Source of the DNA: Mytilus edulis
Taxonomy: Eukaryota
DNA: 64,000 nt
NCBI RefSeq assembly: GCF_963676685.1
Contig: NC_092353.1
Span: 25,606,001 to 25,670,000, forward strand
Reading direction: 5' to 3'
The notes beneath the pieces were generated by a model. It was not told the DNA's origin. It was given only the letters and a program-made list of their open reading frames with translations, and did not search any database. This document shows positions 51,386 to 64,000 of this stretch, piece after piece (position 1 is the stretch's first letter; each line of letters starts with the position of its first letter). The translations under genes were made by a program, and so were the position numbers.

Positions 51386-51603
51386 CAAGGGTCTGGAAAC
51401 GGTCATATTTGCCAGTCTTGTCCTAAACTGAAAGTATCTTGTCCTAAACGTGTAATTGGGATTTAGGTAAAATTTTATTTTTCAACAGAAATAATTTCGG
51501 TCATTTTGTTGAGATCGAGTTTTAAAATCGCCATTTTGAACATATTTTTGTTTTGTTATTGATTTTATGTAATTAAACTGCCACTCCAGTAATGTGTTAT
51601 AAT
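51386..51603. repeat. Dispersed repeat, homolog of 94-331
   Basis: See 94-331. Confidence 0.7.
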
Positions 51604-52306
51604 CCTGAGGGCCCTCCTAATAACTATATCAAAGCCTCGGGGAGCTATTGGCTAATGATCGCTAATCTCTTTACCTGTGTTTTTAATTCACACCTAGCTA
51701 TTAATAACAAGCTCCGAACTAATATTATAAAGAAATTCCATACCAACTGTCTTCATTATTTCATTACTATTCAGCTAAGACAATTGTCAATTATGATTTA
51801 AAATTAAATTAAAACTTGATTTAATCAGTGTTAATTTGCGTAGAAAAAAAGTATTTTTTCACCACTATTAAATACACATGCTTTGTCTACTATGTAATAT
51901 GAAATTCTCTTCCGCAGATTAGACACTGAATTGTAAATTTTATTTAAAATGATTTCATGCTAAATAAAGCAAGTGCAACTATTTTCATGAATATTCTTAC
52001 ACTATTAAAGGTAAAATATTAAAAAGCCGATGATTTCCTGTGAATATGATAAACAAAACTTAATCTGGAAATGAGTCCGGAATTGTTCATTATAGTATTG
52101 TTGCATTACATCCCGTTTGAATTACTTCAGAATCAAAGAAACATAGCATTGACTGAGAAAGTTATCGTTTTGAGTCATTAAAATCATTTTATTTTTAAAC
52201 TGTAATCGATTTTAGGAAAATGGTAGGATAAATCATGAACATGATGAAGTAAATGCGATGCAACAGTGAAACAAGTTTGTTGATGCTACGAGTATGAGCA
52301 TACTCA

Positions 52307-52527
52307 AGGGTTTGGATTGGGTTAAATGATTAAAGAATAATGCCCTTAAAAAATGAAGACTAGAGAATAACAGGCAAAAAAAATGAAGATTAGAGAAAAA
52401 AGGGGTTAATTATTTGAAGATTAGAGAAAAAAGGGGTTAATTTTTTAATGATTAGAGAGAAAAGAGATGAAAATTAAATTAAATGTTTACAGAATAACAG
52501 ACCCCCCCCCCCCCCCATCCAGACCCT
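52307..52527. mobile_element. MITE with 8-bp TSD and internal ~30-bp tandem repeats
   Basis: AGGGTTTGGAT / ATCCAGACCCT ends, CATACTCA on both sides, and repeated GATTAGAGAAAAAAGGGGT units. Confidence 0.7.
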
Positions 52528-52933
52528 CATACTCATGCAGTAATGAGATTTTGACAAACTTTTTTTGAAAAGGGGCACCAACTTTTAAGTTATATGAAAA
52601 TGACCAAAATTAAGTGAAAAATTTTCCGGATCCTTGGCTTAAAGTATCGGGTAAACAGGAAGTTGTTGAGTGAAAAAGCATCGCAAGGTACATTGTATAG
52701 ATGACCTTAAAAAACAGTGAAACCAAATTCAGCCTAAGAAAGACGCAACTCATATAAACTCAGATACCAAATTTCAGTTAATCGTTTTAATGTTGTTCCT
52801 GTGAAAGATGCGACAGTAAATATTTAATTGGACAGAGGTAAAACAGTAAACCCCTACTTTTTTGGTAAGTCTGGTTTCAGAGATTAGTATTCCTTTTATT
52901 GATTATAAAGTATCTGACACAGAACCAGTTTTT

Positions 52934-54374
52934 TTATTATTATTATTATTATACAATATTTATATAGCGCATTATATAATTTGAAAAATTACCCTAAGCG
53001 CTTAACATGAATAAACAAAAAATAAGATACATAAGGTAAAAGCAAAATATACAATCACATAAATACAATTTCTGAGCAGTGGCGTGTAAAATGAAAACAT
53101 TGATTGTCGGTTAAATAGAATAATATAAAAGAATGTACAACTCACACAAAAAATATCAAAAATTTAAAATTAATCAAAATGAAAGAAAAGTAAAAAGTTT
53201 CAAAAAATAAAAATGAGTTAAGAAAAATTTAAAATTTCCTCTGTATAAATTTAAAATAATGATTATCATTAAACCACAGTGACTCAAGTATTAAAAATTA
53301 TTAAGTAAAAGTTCACAATACAATCAACTGGTAAAACAAATTGTTCATAAATTTCAAAATTTACAAAAAATCAATGAAAGCACTTCGGAAAAAATATGTC
53401 TTAAGATCCTTTTTAAAAACGTCAAGAGATTGTTCATTTCGTAAGGATGAAGGTAAGCTGTTCCAAAGAGTTGGTGCGGCAATATCGAACCGTCGTTCAC
53501 CATAGCGTTTTGTCCTAACATCGTTTGGTAGTCGTAACAGCATGCTTTTCTCCGATCGCAAGGCTCTACCAGGTTTGTAATGTTCAACTAATTCCTGTAG
53601 GTATGATGGTGCCGTGCCATGAATTGCTTTAAAAATGTACAGCAGGAGTTTGTACTGACAACGAAAATGAACCGGTAACCAGTGCAATGAAATGAGAACA
53701 GGTGTTATTGAATCGTATTTTCTCTTGCGCGTTATTAGCCGTGCTGCTGTATTTTGCACACGCTGTAGTTTTGTTATTACACAGCTATTTGTTCCGTATA
53801 ACAGCGCATTACCATAATCTAGTCGTGATGTAACGAGTGAGCACACGAGAGTCTTACATGCCTCATCTGTAATCAGGGATCTGATGCGACCAATATTTCG
53901 TATGTGATGAAAACATGCTTTTGTCGTTGCACTAGCTTGTTGTTCCATGCTGAGTGTTTTGTCAAAATAAAATCCAAGATTTTTCACACAAGAAGCATCA
54001 GTCAATATAGTTCCATCGAATGTTAGTTGGAAACTGGATAGTTGCTTTAGTTGTTGTTTTGGTGCAAACACAATTAATTCGGTTTTGTCTTGGTTTAATT
54101 TAAGCATGTTGATACTCATCCATGCACTGATATCCGACAAACAGTTCTCAAGACGATTGGAGAGGTCCGACCAGTCTCCAAGAGGTTTAATGACTTGATA
54201 CACTTGCGTGTCGTCAGCGTATGAATGGTAAGACATCCCATGTCGCCTGCAAATTTCTCCGACTGGTTTGGCAAACATACAGAAAAGTTTTGGTCCCAAC
54301 ACAGAGCCTTGTGGTACACCAAAGCCGAGTCTGATATCATCCGATTGTACCGATCCGATAGAAACACGCTGAGT
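52934..54374 (-). mobile_element. 5'-truncated L2-clade (CR1 group) LINE with intact C-terminal RT ORF
   Basis: ORF 53361-54302, extendable to ~54374, has GVPQGSVLGP, YADDTQ, LKLNQDKTE, SRLDYGN, LHWLPV, APTLWNSLP and FKKDLKT. The 3' end shows an L2-type AAGCGC...GCGCTATATAAAT motif and an (AAT)n tail at ~52934-53000. Confidence 0.88.
53361..54302 (-). CDS. LINE reverse transcriptase C-terminal fragment (313 aa)
   Basis: YADD catalytic motif and downstream non-LTR RT thumb/C-terminal motifs. No real start codon because the element is 5'-truncated. Confidence 0.8.
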   Translation of the reverse strand: MLGPKLFCMFAKPVGEICRRHGMSYHSYADDTQVYQVIKPLGDWSDLSNRLENCLSDISAWMSINMLKLNQDKTELIVFAPKQQLKQLSSFQLTFDGTILTDASCVKNLGFYFDKTLSMEQQASATTKACFHHIRNIGRIRSLITDEACKTLVCSLVTSRLDYGNALLYGTNSCVITKLQRVQNTAARLITRKRKYDSITPVLISLHWLPVHFRCQYKLLLYIFKAIHGTAPSYLQELVEHYKPGRALRSEKSMLLRLPNDVRTKRYGERRFDIAAPTLWNSLPSSLRNEQSLDVFKKDLKTYFFRSAFIDFL

Positions 54375-54667
54375 TTTAACATTTATAATCCGTCACAAGT
54401 AAACATGTCAAATCAACATTGGTTTGTATCTTCTTTTCTTGATTTCTGTAGTCAGATAAAGCTATTTTTATTTTTTTTATTTTTTTCCACCTCATGTTTG
54501 TAATGCTTATCGATTATTGTTTGAATTTTTGTTATTATAGATTCCATTATGATTAAAGTTAATAATTAAAGGAAAAATATTTAAAAAGACACCAGGTTTG
54601 TTTATTATCTTAGTTTTATTCTGATCTGCTGACATTAGGTTAGTCGGTTTACAAGACTATGAAAGCC

Positions 54668-55056
54668 AATTTGCCTTTCGAGTTTGATGTATTTCCGAGA
54701 AAAACTTTGGTTTAAGTTAACATCATTTGTGCGTTTAGGGGCATCATCACTTTCATTTCCATGTTGAGCGATTGGTTAGCAAAATGATACTAAATTGCAG
54801 GAATTATTTGGCAAATTGAATTCGCATGATTGAGAATCAGCACTTCTGTCATTAGGAAATTGTCATTAAGTACCTACCGAACAAACACTATTTCTACGTC
54901 ATCCTGCACAATGATGATCACTAAAATGCTTGATGAACATTGTCATTAATAGTGCAAGGATACAGGTGATCCCCTCTATCAGATAAATGACATCATAAAG
55001 GCATGCATAATTGATGAGTTTTTTCGGGTGAAGGACAAACTCAAAAGTGGTCTATT
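54668..55056. mobile_element. MITE, same family as 29667-30051
   Basis: Reverse-complement similarity over ~390 bp. Confidence 0.65.
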
Positions 55057-55796
55057 ATGACATCATGAAAGGCTATTTTGTTTTTTTGTTTTGACATCTT
55101 CCTGCAAAGCAATGGCAAAGTTGTCAAAGCAAGAGAATAAAAGAATCCTTTCAAAGACGTCTATTTGGACTACTCGTACCCTACTCAGACACTGTATTTC
55201 TCTTATTTTTCTGTATGTGTGTATGTTAGTACTGGTTTTTGCCTGTGTTATCCAAAGAACCCCTCAAAGGTGCGAGGGTACAATGGCATCTATGTACACT
55301 CCCTATCAGGATTAATGGAGATATGTCACTATAAACATGTACATGTATTAATCAGTTAATCCTCACCCAAAACAAAGGGAGTGTTACATGTAGGAAACTA
55401 GAAAGTTTGTCATTATGGTGGAGGAAGCCGAAGGACTCATAGAGAACCATGGGCAACTCCGCAGAAACAGACAAACCAATGAGTTTCTCTCTTCAAGAGA
55501 AGCTCTACTGTGATAGTCGATTTTGGCATATTTTTACACCATTATTGATAGGATTTCAAACTCTTGAGACTTATCAATAACATCACGAATCTTGTATTGC
55601 GTTATTCTAATTGGCTACTATTGTCCAGTTTTTGCCGGTATTTACCAACCACCGGACTATAATCAATACTAGTATTGACTGGTTCTTTGCCATAGGCCAA
55701 CCTTGTCCTTGGATTGTGGTCAAGAGTCTTGACCGTCATGCCAATCGGAATTCACTATTGACATAAATATATTTTGATTTGGCTGCTAAATCTTAC

Positions 55797-55885
55797 GCTT
55801 ACCAAATGTTTATCAGAGTCAAAGTGTTCTGAAGAAAATTACATTCAACACGTGCAGTCGCAAAATGTAAACTTCCGGTTTTAAA
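55797..55885 (-). promoter_or_regulatory. Putative WDR3 non-coding first exon / promoter
   Basis: The WDR3 ATG exon has an acceptor at 51090-91, so an upstream exon is needed. A minus-strand G|GTAAGC donor lies at ~55797-55803, next to CACGTG (E-box) and ACTTCCGG (ETS-like) motifs. Confidence 0.4.
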
Positions 55886-57148
55886 ACTGGTCCCTAAATA
55901 AATACTGGTATATTAGCCTTTATACGTAGAGCTTATTTGACAACAGTAACTCTCGGTCATTATCATCATTCTGTTTCCGAATGGAAAGAAAGGTTTGTCT
56001 AGTACCACAAAAAAATACTACAAAGATGAATTAGAAGGAACATGAAACGCAATGAACAATATCTTAAAAAAATAAAATACCTTTAAAATGGAAATAATTT
56101 TTTTGAAATGTGTATCTCTCTGCACTTTAAACACTTGCAAAACTCAATAAGGGGTAAAAAGTAAAAACACAAAAATACTGAACTCCGAGGAAAATTCAAA
56201 AAGGAAAATCAAAAATCAAAAGGCAAAATCAAAAGTCCAAACACATCAAACGAATGGATAACAACTGTCATATTCCTGACTTGGTACAGGCATTTTCTAA
56301 TGTAGAAAATGGTGGATTGAACCTGGGTAAGTGGCTTGTTTGAAGTTAATTTGTTTTGCCCCTGAGTTTCACGACATGCATGCATCCCGATGATGATGTA
56401 TTTGTCACTGGACAACACACAAAAACAACCAATCTCACCAACGTGTCAACCCTCATCACCCACCCCACCCCACATAACCTTACCATACAATTTTAATAAA
56501 ATATTTTCATATTAAACTTTTATAAAAGTCAAGTTAGCAATAGGATAAGTATCCCAGATTACTGAGTGGTTAGCATTATTAGTCTCAAATAAAAATAATT
56601 ATTAGTTTTTTTATCTCTATAGACGTGCACTTGACGTACAGAGAAAACTGACAGAGCGGTCCATATCCGTTATTTGCACGCCAAAGGAACGCTAAGCAAT
56701 GAATCGTATACCGTATACATATCTATTTAGGGGCCAGCAGATGTCCGCTTCCGGGTGCGGCTCGATTTTCTCGCTGCTTTGAAGGCCAATTGGTGACATT
56801 CGTCTGTTATCTGCTCTTTGGTTGTTGTTATCTCTTTGACCCTTTTCCCCATTTCCATTCTCAATTTCAGCATATACGAAGTATTTTTTTATAACTTCAT
56901 TGACACATGTTTCTAACCAAAATATTTTTGTCTAAATGACTATGTATATATCCACGCTCTGTATGAAATACAAGAGTATCAAAAGACTTCGAGATATCAA
57001 TATAAATTCGATATGTAACACCAAATCACAATCGTCTGACAACATACCATGCTAGGTATCTTATCAAACACTAAGATAAGTAATATCAGTCTTTAAAATA
57101 CAGTACTGAATTATCCCATCTAGTTTACCTCGTATCTTGTCCTGTATA

Positions 57149-58533
57149 ATGGAGTTATTACAGACATTTTATTTTCTGTTTATCATCTTTGAATATAAGG
57201 TTTTTTGTACCGATCATGATATTCATTCGGAAATACAGGAAATAAGGAATCTATTTTCAAAAGAAATGTTGCGGTTGGAAACTGAAATGCATAATCGCTA
57301 TGACAGAGCTGCGAATGAAATTAAGTTCTTAAAAGAGCAAATGAAAGACTGCAAATGTAACGAACAAACCAACGGAACAGAATCTAACCGTGAGTAGAAT
57401 TTAAAATTCTCCCAATGATTCATTATAAAAAGGAAAGCTGGCTCTATGATCTAAGCCCAAGAATTTGCATCAAAATGATGTTGAATAAAAAGTGAACTTA
57501 TCTCCTGCACCACTTAGAAAACACCATATTTTCAAATTAAACTGTCACATCAATTATACTATGTTAGTTAACAGACACCACATGGTTGCTCTCTCAATTT
57601 ATAGGTGACAATTGTTGCAAGAAGGGACAAAAATGAAATACACAATACCAATCAAGAAAGGATCTTTTTAAATTAAAAAAAGGGGCAGGGTCATCCCCCA
57701 AGTGTGCCTGTGCATTTTCCTAAAACTTTAAAAGTTTTACAATTGTGTGTTTCAAACATCTGTTAGTTAAGTTATATTATCGGTCGTCTTATCAGTATGA
57801 AATGACAAATTTATAGCCCTTAAAATTGTATTCTTCAGATGTGCGTTTCGTTACTAGACTCACTATATATATATATATAGTGACGCTTGAATTCAAAGAG
57901 TATGAAAGGATAGTAATTTTACGCTGTAAATGAGATACCAATCACTAAAATTTAACTTGTTTTCTTGTATTCCTGTAGATATTTTTTTTTAATTAAGTCT
58001 GTTATGCTAAATATAAGAAGAATGGAATTTCGCTACATCTTCGAAAAGGATGAAAAAATGTACATGTGTTTTTTTTCTGTTTTGTAGAATACAAACGACT
58101 CCTAATAAATGCTCCTACTGACACACCAGAATCACAAAAGATAGCATTTTATGCCCATCTATCTAAAAATATCGATAACTTGGGCAATCATCAGCCAATA
58201 GTATTTGACAAAATCAGATTGAACCTTGGAAATGCATATAAATCCGTTGACGGCGAATTCGTTGCCAGTGTCGACGGGACTTATTTCTTCATCTGGACAA
58301 TATCGAATAGTGATCATACATATATGCAGTCAGAATTAGTCGTTAATGGTCAAGTCTTTGGACAAATAATCAGTGATGCAGCAGATCATACAGATTGGGC
58401 AGTATCAACGGCGTTTGCGATCGTTTCACTGCAATCAGACGATCGTGTATGGATCCGTTCAGGTGTTGTGCATAGTGGCCATGTTAGTGGAACTGGGTAT
58501 GGAACATCGTCATTTGCAGGATTCCGCCTGTGA
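57149..58533 (+). CDS. Secreted C1q domain-containing (C1qDC) protein, 2 exons, ~228 aa
   Basis: Exon 57149-57389 encodes a hydrophobic signal-like N-terminus (MELLQTFYFLFIIFEYKVFC) plus a coiled coil. A phase-1 GT-AG intron leads to exon 58088-58533, a gC1q domain (IAFYAHL...IVFDKIRLNLGNAY...GEFVASVDGTYFF...LQSDDRVWI...SSFAGFRL). Confidence 0.88.
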
Positions 58534-60564
58534 TAAACACAAAGTATTAAAAAAATGGTCTTCTATTGTTCTCTTTATTTAAATTCAGCAATACACTCTA
58601 TTGGGTTATAATTATAAAAAAGAAGATGTGGTATGATTGCCAATGAGACAACTCTCACATATGGCCTGTTTTTCATGAAGAGGTGTCATAAGTTAAAAGA
58701 TACCTTCCTTCCTTTTTTTTTTTTTTGGCAATGGTATATCAATCATCAATTTCAGAAACGGAAGGTCTTGTTGTTTTAGTATTTTTGGTGCTGAGCCTTT
58801 TATGTTAACTTGAATGTACAAAATACTTCAGTATTTTTGAGTAAACAGAGTAGATAATATTATGTAAATTGAGGTTGTAAACATACATACCCATTTTAGT
58901 GCAAACCTTAATATAAGTATTAGATACAAATGGACAGAAAAATATAGAAATTAAAATCTACCGAGCCTTTCTATAAGAAGATGAATATTTTTGTTGTTCG
59001 ATTTTTAAATTCATGAGTTCCATTTACTGTCAATGCGTTTGTGTGCTGAATTAAAGCCGATTACAGTTTACATTTTTCATAACTTAATGGTGGATCCGAT
59101 TTGGGTATGTAAATATATTTAGGTTTTCGGGTCCTCTTTCTTACAGGACTTGTGCAACAAATTGACTACATACATCTTGTTCCTCATAAACCAGCTTTTG
59201 ATTTATTCTAATTTATAACCGAAATTCCGGAAGATGACGGGTTACAGAAATCCGTTAAAATATCCACATAGAGTTTACTTGGGGTCAAGTATTTTTGGGA
59301 CATGGTCGCAGCAGTCCTTTTCAAAATCCAATGATGCTTTTTTCATATATATTTTTGTTTTCAGGTACTTCAATGCATTGTTGTGCAACATATTTTAACT
59401 ATCTGCATTTTGTTTTTCTTTAAACAAGCTTTCGACTGATGTATATTGCAGGATTAAAGGTCTCAGTAGTCCGTTTAAAATCCCATGTAGGTTTTTTTCA
59501 AGTATATTTCGGTTTTCGTGACCTCTGCAACCTTTCATGTAGGTTTCGTGAATATTAACTACATAGAAAAAAGAAACTATGAAGTATAACAATATAACTG
59601 GAGTGTAAGTTTTCCTCCACTTTGTCAAGAGAGAATATATTAATTAAACCTTATAATGCGCTAGCTGAGGAGACGGATTCAGTGGTTGGGGTGGATACAA
59701 ATATGGCCCAAAACAATTATGGATTAAAAATTTAAACAGATAGAGCGCAATCTCTTTGTTTATGTAAATTTCTTTTTTTAATGTATATATTTGTATTCAT
59801 TTTTTTTGTTTGTTTTCAGTGTTGGCTGCGACAACAAGCCGTATGAGCTATAATATCCGTTCAAAGGCGGATACGCCTTTATCCGATAAGACTCTCAGTA
59901 TTGAATATATAATCAACCTAGTATTCACATTAAATAATTACTTTTTTTTCAATTCATAGAATTCTAGAACTATAACTTCATGCTTCCTTAAAAAAAAAAT
60001 TGAAAAAAATAATTATCTTCAAACAATAAAACATACTCTCTGTACACTGGCGAGCTATGAGGCAACCGATTCAACTACCAACCAATAGACCATGCAGCAT
60101 ATTTACACATACACAGCATTTGTAATAATGTACGTCCCATACCGTTTCACTTATCTCTAACACTGCTAACTGGTGCCGATTGTTTACTCCTCGAAACTAT
60201 CTGCATATCTGCCGCTTCACCGAGAAATATCAGACTGCGAAGCAGAATCAAATCCAGAATATGTACTGGGTTTGTAATACTATTTTCGTTATGTCGACGA
60301 TGGAGTCTTAATTTATTTTCAGTTGGATAAGAAGTTTAATTTTTCACACATTTTGTAGCAATGGATTTATAACAGAAATGTTAACTGCATGAAGCTTACA
60401 ACAAGTTATTTATGATATATAAAAAAAGATGTGGTATGACTACCAATGAGCCGCAACTCCAAATCTTCAACGTAGAAGTTAAAACTATATTTCACTGTAG
60501 ACTGGCCTTCGTTATTTTTTTTCATAACGACCTAATTTGTTTTGAATGAAAAACTGTAACGTAA

Positions 60565-63500
60565 AGCCTCGGTAACACCTTACCGGATGGCACTAACGGA
60601 CGCCTAACGGATGAGAATAAAAGTTGTCCGTTGACAAAATTGTTATCCGTCGGGAGTCCGTTGATGTGCTGACCGAATAAAACGGATGCGTAACGAATGC
60701 ATAAAGCTAGGTTCACACTGCCGATCAGATCAACTCGATGAACCCGATTGTCCAAATTTCCACAACCAAGCTCATCCAAAATCTTGATCGGGCTTGTTTA
60801 CGACTTCTAACCGACCGCCATCCGACTATACACGACCTTTTCTCGACAATTCACGACCCATCAGGACTCCATCCCGACAACAAAATGAATACTTATTCGA
60901 TAATTCTGATCCATTCACGATCTTTACACGATCTTTACTCGACTAGATAGGCCAAATCAACTTTTTCACGATCTCAGTCTGACCTTGACCAGACCAGATC
61001 GACCTGATCGTATATGGGTCGTAAGGATAATCGGGTATGCACAATTTTAGTATAAAAACGTCCAAAACTTTTATTATCCGCCGCTTCTGAGTGAGCATTA
61101 CGTGTTACCCTTGTCCGTCCGTACGTATGTGCGTACGTCCCAACAATATTAGTTTCCGTTCTCTAATTTTATTTTGCCTCAACCAAATTTTATGATACGC
61201 CGTATACAGGATGCTGTATTACCATAAAACACAGTTCAAAAGCGAACTTGAGTAATTACCCTTTATAATGTTATATATATGATAGCTGGGGTGTTATCAG
61301 TGTCCCATGAACACATTTTCCGTATATTTGGTTATATCCAGTAGAAGGTCCGAGTAAAATCATAATGGAGTATGTCCGGTAAGGTCCGATTTAGGCCCCA
61401 AATTTCAGGTTCATCTGAAGAAAGATTTTGGACACTTTTTAAACACTTAAGCGTCTATTTCAGTTGATTCAATTAGTTTATGTGAAAGATTTTAGTTATT
61501 AAAAACGCTCCGATTCAAGCTTAAATAGGACAAATCTATCAAACATGCCAAAAAGAGTCACTTTTCAGATGGTTTTTTGTCAAAAATGAAAGTGGCCGCA
61601 TCCGTGTTCACCCTCAACCTTTAGTTATGTTATGTATTATCATCAAATACAACTTACATTTCAATATTAAGAATGAACACAAATGCAGCCACTTTCATTT
61701 AACACGGAAACCGTCTAAAATTTAACTAAAATACTTAAATTGTGAAGATTTCAGTAATCCAATGCTAGTTCCCGATATATGTGCACTGTATTGTAAAAAA
61801 ACAGCCCATATTTATGTAGCAGAAGTATTCTACTTTCCAAAAAATAACTAAAAATATACATTTTAACAATATTGTAAAACTGCTATATTTTGGGGCCAAA
61901 AGGGGGTCTTACTGGACCTACTCCTTTAAAATATCTACATAGAAATAAAGCAATTGGATTTGTGGGCAAGGTGGTAAGAGCCCAGAGAGACAGATTAATA
62001 GCTGTAACGGAGCTTAGCGAGTGAAAAGAAGACGAACAAGAAGGTGTAGACAGCAACGGGAGCCGAGAAATCTAGGTGAGGCAGTGGCTGACACGCCGAC
62101 CACATGTTGGCAGTATGAGAGACTTGCACTAACTTAACAAAGAGGAATCCAATGCTTATAGAAACTTCCTCATAGCGGACACTGATATGTAATGTTAGTT
62201 GTATTGCATTTTTTTTGGAAATGACACCACAAAATGAGATTTGTCACTGGATTATTACTTATGTTAGATAGCAATATACATAAACTTTACCATCCCCTTT
62301 TCCTTGCTTTCTTACAAATAAAGCATATACTGTTTGTGTAATATATGTGCATAAGTATGTAATCAGTATTCTTCATAGATTTGATATCCAGTAGTTGAAT
62401 GGTTAAAGATACTTATTTTCTTTTTTCTGTATGGCAACAACCTGCATGTATTTGCTTAAACATATTGCAAAAAGGGGGAAAGGATGTCACATACTACCCC
62501 AACATTTTACTCAAAGTAGAATTTCAATCCCCTGGAGTGATACCTTTTCTGAAACTGTTTACAACTTTACATATATCTATCAAGAGATCAAGAGTGCATT
62601 TCTTTCTAACCAAAGTTTAGAAAACGTTGAGTGCCATTTTTTATAGTTTGTTTAACGTATTAGTAGAAACAAATGCATCGTCTAATCAGAGTTCGCTGAC
62701 CCTGTTTGAACTGTCAAAAACGCATGCACAGTGTGTTGTTATTTGAAATTATTACGCGGGGAAATAGGTTTATGTAAACTTTGCAAAAGTATGCTAGAAA
62801 CAAATGATCAAAACATGTGCACGCTGAACTGTTTGTATCGCTAGTGTAAGAACGAAATTCGCTCCAATGAAAAAAAAATATTTGTCTTTCGTCTCCTTTT
62901 TGTGTGAAATTACGTTAAAAAGTTCGAATGAAAACAGTAGAGTGACCTATAGTTGTTATTAATCATTTCTATGTCATTTGGTGTTCTGTGAATATCTGGT
63001 CTCGTTGGCAATTGTACTAATCACTTTTTTATACTAGTACAAACATTTCTAGACAAACGAAAAATACGGACAGACAAAACAGAAAATATCCCCATAAAAC
63101 AGGTAAATATAATCTTGATCGATGCTCTTATCAAACCAACTTCGAAAGATAACTTAGTCATCAACAGTCTAATAATGAATGTTATTGCTCAATTACTTTC
63201 GTATTTGAAAAATCCGCCGGTGCCAAAATTGCAGGATATTCTTCCCTTACGGAACACCTGACTTCATCCCAGGTTTTTGTTGGGTTGTGTGTTGCTATAA
63301 AGTTTTTAGTTTTCTATGTTATGGGGCCTGCTGTTTGTTTTCTCGTCGGTTTTCTTTTTTTGCTATGGCTGAGTCGCTTTGTTTTCGACCTTTGAGTTGG
63401 ATTGTCCCTTTGGTGTCTTTTGCCTCTCTTTTAAAATGTTCCCTCTACTTGCAAAAGTAAAGACACGTACTGTATTTTTGTACAGTTAAATATGATGTTG

Positions 63501-64000
63501 CCAATATATTTTTGCGGAGACAAAGTTATGAGAGTTAATCAGATCTGCTTTTAGAGAATCGTGTAGTAGTCATGTGTTCTCGTGTATGGGCGAATAGAGA
63601 TCGAAGAGTGGTCGAATGTGGTCGCGAAGGGATCGGGTATCGGTCGAGTTGGTCTGGGATAAAATAAATACAGAAGTCGTAGTGATCTGGAAGAGATCGG
63701 ACATTGGTCGAGTTAATCTGGAAATGATCGGACTTTAGTCGAGCAAAGGTCGAAATGATCGAGTACTGAGCGGTAAATTTTTTGTATTCCGACCGTACTC
63801 GATCTCTACACGATCCTTTCCCGATCAATTCGACCGCTACTCGACGAATTCTCGATCTCTTCTCGAGTGGCTTGCTTTTCGGTCCTTACTCGATTGTTTT
63901 TGACATGTCAAAAACTCTCGGGTAGAAAGTCAGATTGATGACGAGTAAGGTAGACTATCCCGAACATCCTTGTCGATTGAATCAGACCAGTCTCCCGATC
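60565..64000 (+). mobile_element. Fragmented PIF/Harbinger-like elements
   Basis: TAA|AGCCTCGGTAACAC (60565) and TAA|AGCTAGGTTCACACTG (60705) termini; CGA/GATC-rich arms (60720-61030, 63540-64000); palindrome TTTTTGACATGTCAAAAA (~63897). The frameshifted *VRQWLTRRP..GQYERL..EESNAYRNFL segment at ~62075-62190 resembles a Harbinger nuclease N-terminus. Confidence 0.5.
61365..61925. mobile_element. Kolobok-like MITE
   Basis: GGAGTATGTCCGGTAAG ... CTTACTGGACCTACTCCT|TTAA: purine-start TIR with a TTAA flank. Confidence 0.55.

Noticed and set aside
53354-54503. ORFs 53354-53587, 54116-54382 and 54225-54503 as separate genes
   Set aside because: Alternative-frame or antisense shadows of the LINE RT.
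57605-57660. Extra middle exon of the C1qDC gene
   Set aside because: The acceptor-like TATAG is followed by an in-frame stop in the required phase.

Overview
AT-rich, intron-containing animal DNA. The repeat landscape and a C1q-domain gene suggest a bivalve mollusc, most likely a Mytilus-type mussel (inference). Five spliced protein-coding genes were reconstructed by hand with GT-AG introns and consistent phases: MRPS6 (+, 1890-4762); a TIGAR-type histidine phosphatase (-, 13248-19652, ~421 aa) with a ~195-aa Ser-rich loop; a small FLYWCH zinc-finger/coiled-coil gene (+, 21366-24796) head-to-head with TIGAR; WDR3/UTP12 (-, 29330-51069, 25 coding exons, ~926 aa); and a secreted C1q-domain protein (+, 57149-58533). 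The rest is dense in mobile DNA: Helentron-like non-autonomous elements with internal satellite-like repeats, Tc1/mariner-, hAT-, MULE-, Kolobok- and Harbinger-like MITEs or relics, tRNA-derived SINEs and a young 5'-truncated L2-clade LINE. The most striking non-coding signal is a perfect 98-bp inverted repeat in the first WDR3 coding-region intron (49915-50154). Each arm carries a minimal Penelope-type hammerhead ribozyme, so the pre-mRNA contains a ribozyme together with its own perfect antisense. Most ORFs in the supplied track are spurious or are exon fragments.
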